The notes beneath the pieces are model-generated. The model was not told where the DNA came from. It saw nothing but the letters and a program-made list of their open reading frames with translations, and ran no database searches. A stretch of DNA of 63,588 bases, the filler included, from Reticulomyxa filosa (lineage: Eukaryota; Protista; Foraminifera): NCBI GenBank assembly GCA_000512085.1. It is 16 parts of 16 records of this genome, joined end to end, with 100 filler letters (N's around TTAATTAATTAA, not from the genome) between each part and the next. Parts side by side here need not be neighbours in the genome. Positions count along the whole stretch, not along the records: positions 54,976 to 63,588 come from ASPP01020270.1; 15 more parts are not named here. One strand, 5' to 3'. A program made the translations under genes and the position numbers. Below are positions 60,901-63,588 of this stretch, piece after piece (within the stretch, counting starts at the first letter, position 1; each line of letters opens with the position of its first letter).

Positions 60901-63588
60901 CAAGAAAATTTAATTGGTATTGAAAGTAAGTGTTCCCAACTCAATTATCATGCTGATAACCTGGTAGTATATCATCTAGATATTTCCTCTTGTGTTTCGG
61001 CTTCAATGAATACGTTTTTATTTGAGCTATTGTTTTTGCAGCATATCAACACCACATTGAACGTGCCGGCGTCGCAATGTTTCCATGTCAATACGAACAT
61101 GGCCTTCTTAATTGAAATGCCTTTCAAATTGAATGGAAGTAATAACGATTACAAAAAGGTGTTATATACAATATTCTCTTTGTCAAAGCTTCCCATTGTC
61201 AAAGTGTCCAAAGATACCAATCCATATGTATTCGGTCCAGAAGCACAGTTTGCTATTAAATGGATGAAAGAATTCTTTGCTGACAACTTAAAGTTGCAAA
61301 AAAAAACAAAAAATCTTTTTGTATGATTATCTTGTGTACAATTAAAACAGATAAATAAATAAATAAAACATAGGAATAAAGATCCTGACGTGGAGGAAAT
61401 TCCTGATCTGCAACCCGCAGAGATGATTCAAATCATGAAAACGAAATGTCTAGCAATTGAGCAAGCTTCCCCATTGCATCAAACTGCTTTTTACAAATAT
61501 CTATTTAATCAATTTGCTCCTTTGGTTGACTCGGTTTTTTTTCAAAATGGAGCTGCAGAAAGCCAATACTGGCCTCTGCGTTTCAAACACGAAGCCACCA
61601 AATCGGTCATTGCGATCAGCACAGATCTTTCCAGTCGGTTATACGAGAGAGGGAACGCACACAACGGAAACGATCTCGAAGAAAGTAAAGGAGAGGAGGA
61701 GTTTTATTTGTGCGAAGTATGGCAAAAATCCAAAGATTTTTTATATTTAGTCAATCAGGATGATTCAGGTTTGTCCAATTTGTTGGGGTTGATTTCCAAT
61801 GAAAAATTCACTTTTGAGTATGTGTGCATACTAAATATGCCTTTGCTTTTGGCTTCCATCTTTTTCTGAAAAGGTACGATTTCAATGCTGATAAATGACA
61901 CAAAATCGGTGTCTCGATCTAGTTTGCAAGCCTTCAACGATTTGGGTTTTACACTATTGAGCTGGGATGAACAGATGAAAGCTCGGCACAAAGCGATTGC
62001 AACCGAATGGAAGGTCTTATTCATTGATCCTTGTATACATATAACATATATTTGGAAATGTGGAGGCTGTGTGCGTATATACATAAACACTTTGTAAGAT
62101 ATCTGTACAAAAAAAATAGAAGGCAAAGGCAGACAATTCGAAATCTACAGAAATTGAAGAAAAAGATAAAAGGACAGAATTATTGTTTCGCATTGTTGGT
62201 ACAAAAGAAACGCTAAAGACAAAGATTAAAGTGGAATTGTGGGGAATGGAGTTCATGCCAAACCAAATGAAAATTGAAAATATTGACATTGGAGAGTTCC
62301 GATATTATGTATTAACTTATGACAATATATTGAAAATGATTGCAATATATTTGAGGATACAATCCAATACACCGATTATTTTAATGGGAGAAACAGGCTG
62401 TGGAAAGACATCATTGATCAAGTGTCTGGCCAAAGTAGCTCATATTTCCTTGCGAGCCATAGATGTACATGGTGGATTTGGAAGGCAAGATCTTCGGGAC
62501 ATTGTCAAAGCATGCGTAAACAAATGGGAGGAGGACGGAAAAAGGATTGCAATGGAAGAGGAAGAGGAAAGAAAAAAGAAAAAAATTGAAGAAGAAAAGA
62601 AAGAGAATGAGGAAAAAAATAGAAAAAAGAGGGAAGCAGAAGAGAAAATGAGCGAGAAAGATAAGAAACAAATGGAAAAAATGAAGAAAAGATGGAAGAA
62701 ATGAAAAAGAAGCAGAGTGAGAGAGATCGGGAACAATGGATATTTTTGGATGAAATCAATACGTCTCCAGATATTGGTTGGTTGAACGAATTAGTGTGTA
62801 ACCATACGTTGGATGGAGTGAAAATACCAGAAGGCATTAAAATCATTGCCGCATGCAATCCATATCGAAAACGTAAATTGAGTGCCGAAGAAGATGAATT
62901 GCTTGCAAACGATGAATTGAGCAAATACGTATACCGAGTACATCCATTGTGTGAAACCATGAAGGAGTACGTATGGTCATTTGGAAGATTGTCTGAACTG
63001 GACGAACAGCAATATATTGTAGAAATGACGAATCAAGTGAAAAGTGAGCTTGCATCTGCATTACATGGAGAGTTTGATAGATGGAAAAGTGAAATTTCAA
63101 AGAAGATTGCGACAGCTCAAAAGCATTTACGCGTACATTTGAGAGATAAAGCTATTGTTTCATTGCGAGATGTATCAAGATGTTTAAAAAATATTTTTCA
63201 TGGTTGATGAAGCAAGGAATTGTATTAAATAACAATAGTATTCCTTGGATTTGTCGAAGTTTGAACATTGCCATTGGGCTATGTTATTACTTTCGATTAA
63301 ATATTGATGAAAGACGAAAGTTGAGTAAAGAATTGTCCACGAATATTGCATTTGACAAACTCTTGGAGAATGAAGTGAACAATCTTTGTGATTCATTTTC
63401 TGTTCCCGGTGGTGTTGCACTGAATCAAGGATTAAAAGAAAACTTATTCATTTTGTTCATGTGCATTGTCACTACAACTCCAATTGTGTTGGTGGGCAAA
63501 CCAGGCACCTCAAAGACTCTATCTTTTCAGATTGTTCGTGATAATCTTTCTCACAATAAGACAGAGTTTGAAAAAAAATTAATAATAA
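54991..63588 (+). CDS. RNF213/mysterin-like giant dynein-related AAA+ ATPase (both ends truncated)
   Basis: Long helical N-terminal region, then SDQIGMGKS, YHLDIS, YVLTYDNILKMIAI..PIILMGETGCGKT, IFLDEINT, IIAACNPYRK, YVYRVHPL..VWSFGRL, VSLRDVSRC, ALNQGLKENLF..PIVLVGKPGTSKT. Introns; frameshifts near 57435, 60680, 62680, 63190. Confidence 0.92.

Overview
AT-rich eukaryotic draft-genome DNA: 16 short contigs joined by 15 artificial 100-bp linkers (N44-TTAATTAATTAA-N44), so adjacency across linkers has no biological meaning. Spliceosomal introns, an EFL (not EF-1alpha) pseudogene, many decayed gene copies and homopolymer frameshifts suggest a rhizarian protist, possibly a foraminiferan such as Reticulomyxa (inference). 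Recognisable genes: coiled-coil/PX protein, SLC1/DAACS transporter, spastin-like AAA ATPase, M1 aminopeptidase fragment, myosin neck/tail, 7TM-TKL kinase, DauA-like FAD dehydrogenase, repeat-built membrane protein, GH3 glycosidase, Sin3 PAH fragment, PEX16, DH-PH-VCA protein and two RNF213-like AAA+ fragments. Pseudogenes: actin, EFL, CAP-Gly, chromodomain. Best leads: (1) a RhoGEF DH-PH module fused to a WASP-type VCA Arp2/3-activator tail; (2) an SLC1 transporter with Glu in place of the specificity Arg; (3) a FYVE-PDZ-MIT spastin; (4) RNF213-like giant ATPases; (5) a GPCR-kinase fusion; (6) introns with U-rich 5' halves and A-rich 3' ends instead of a polypyrimidine tract. All assignments are by-eye motif recognition; no searches were run.
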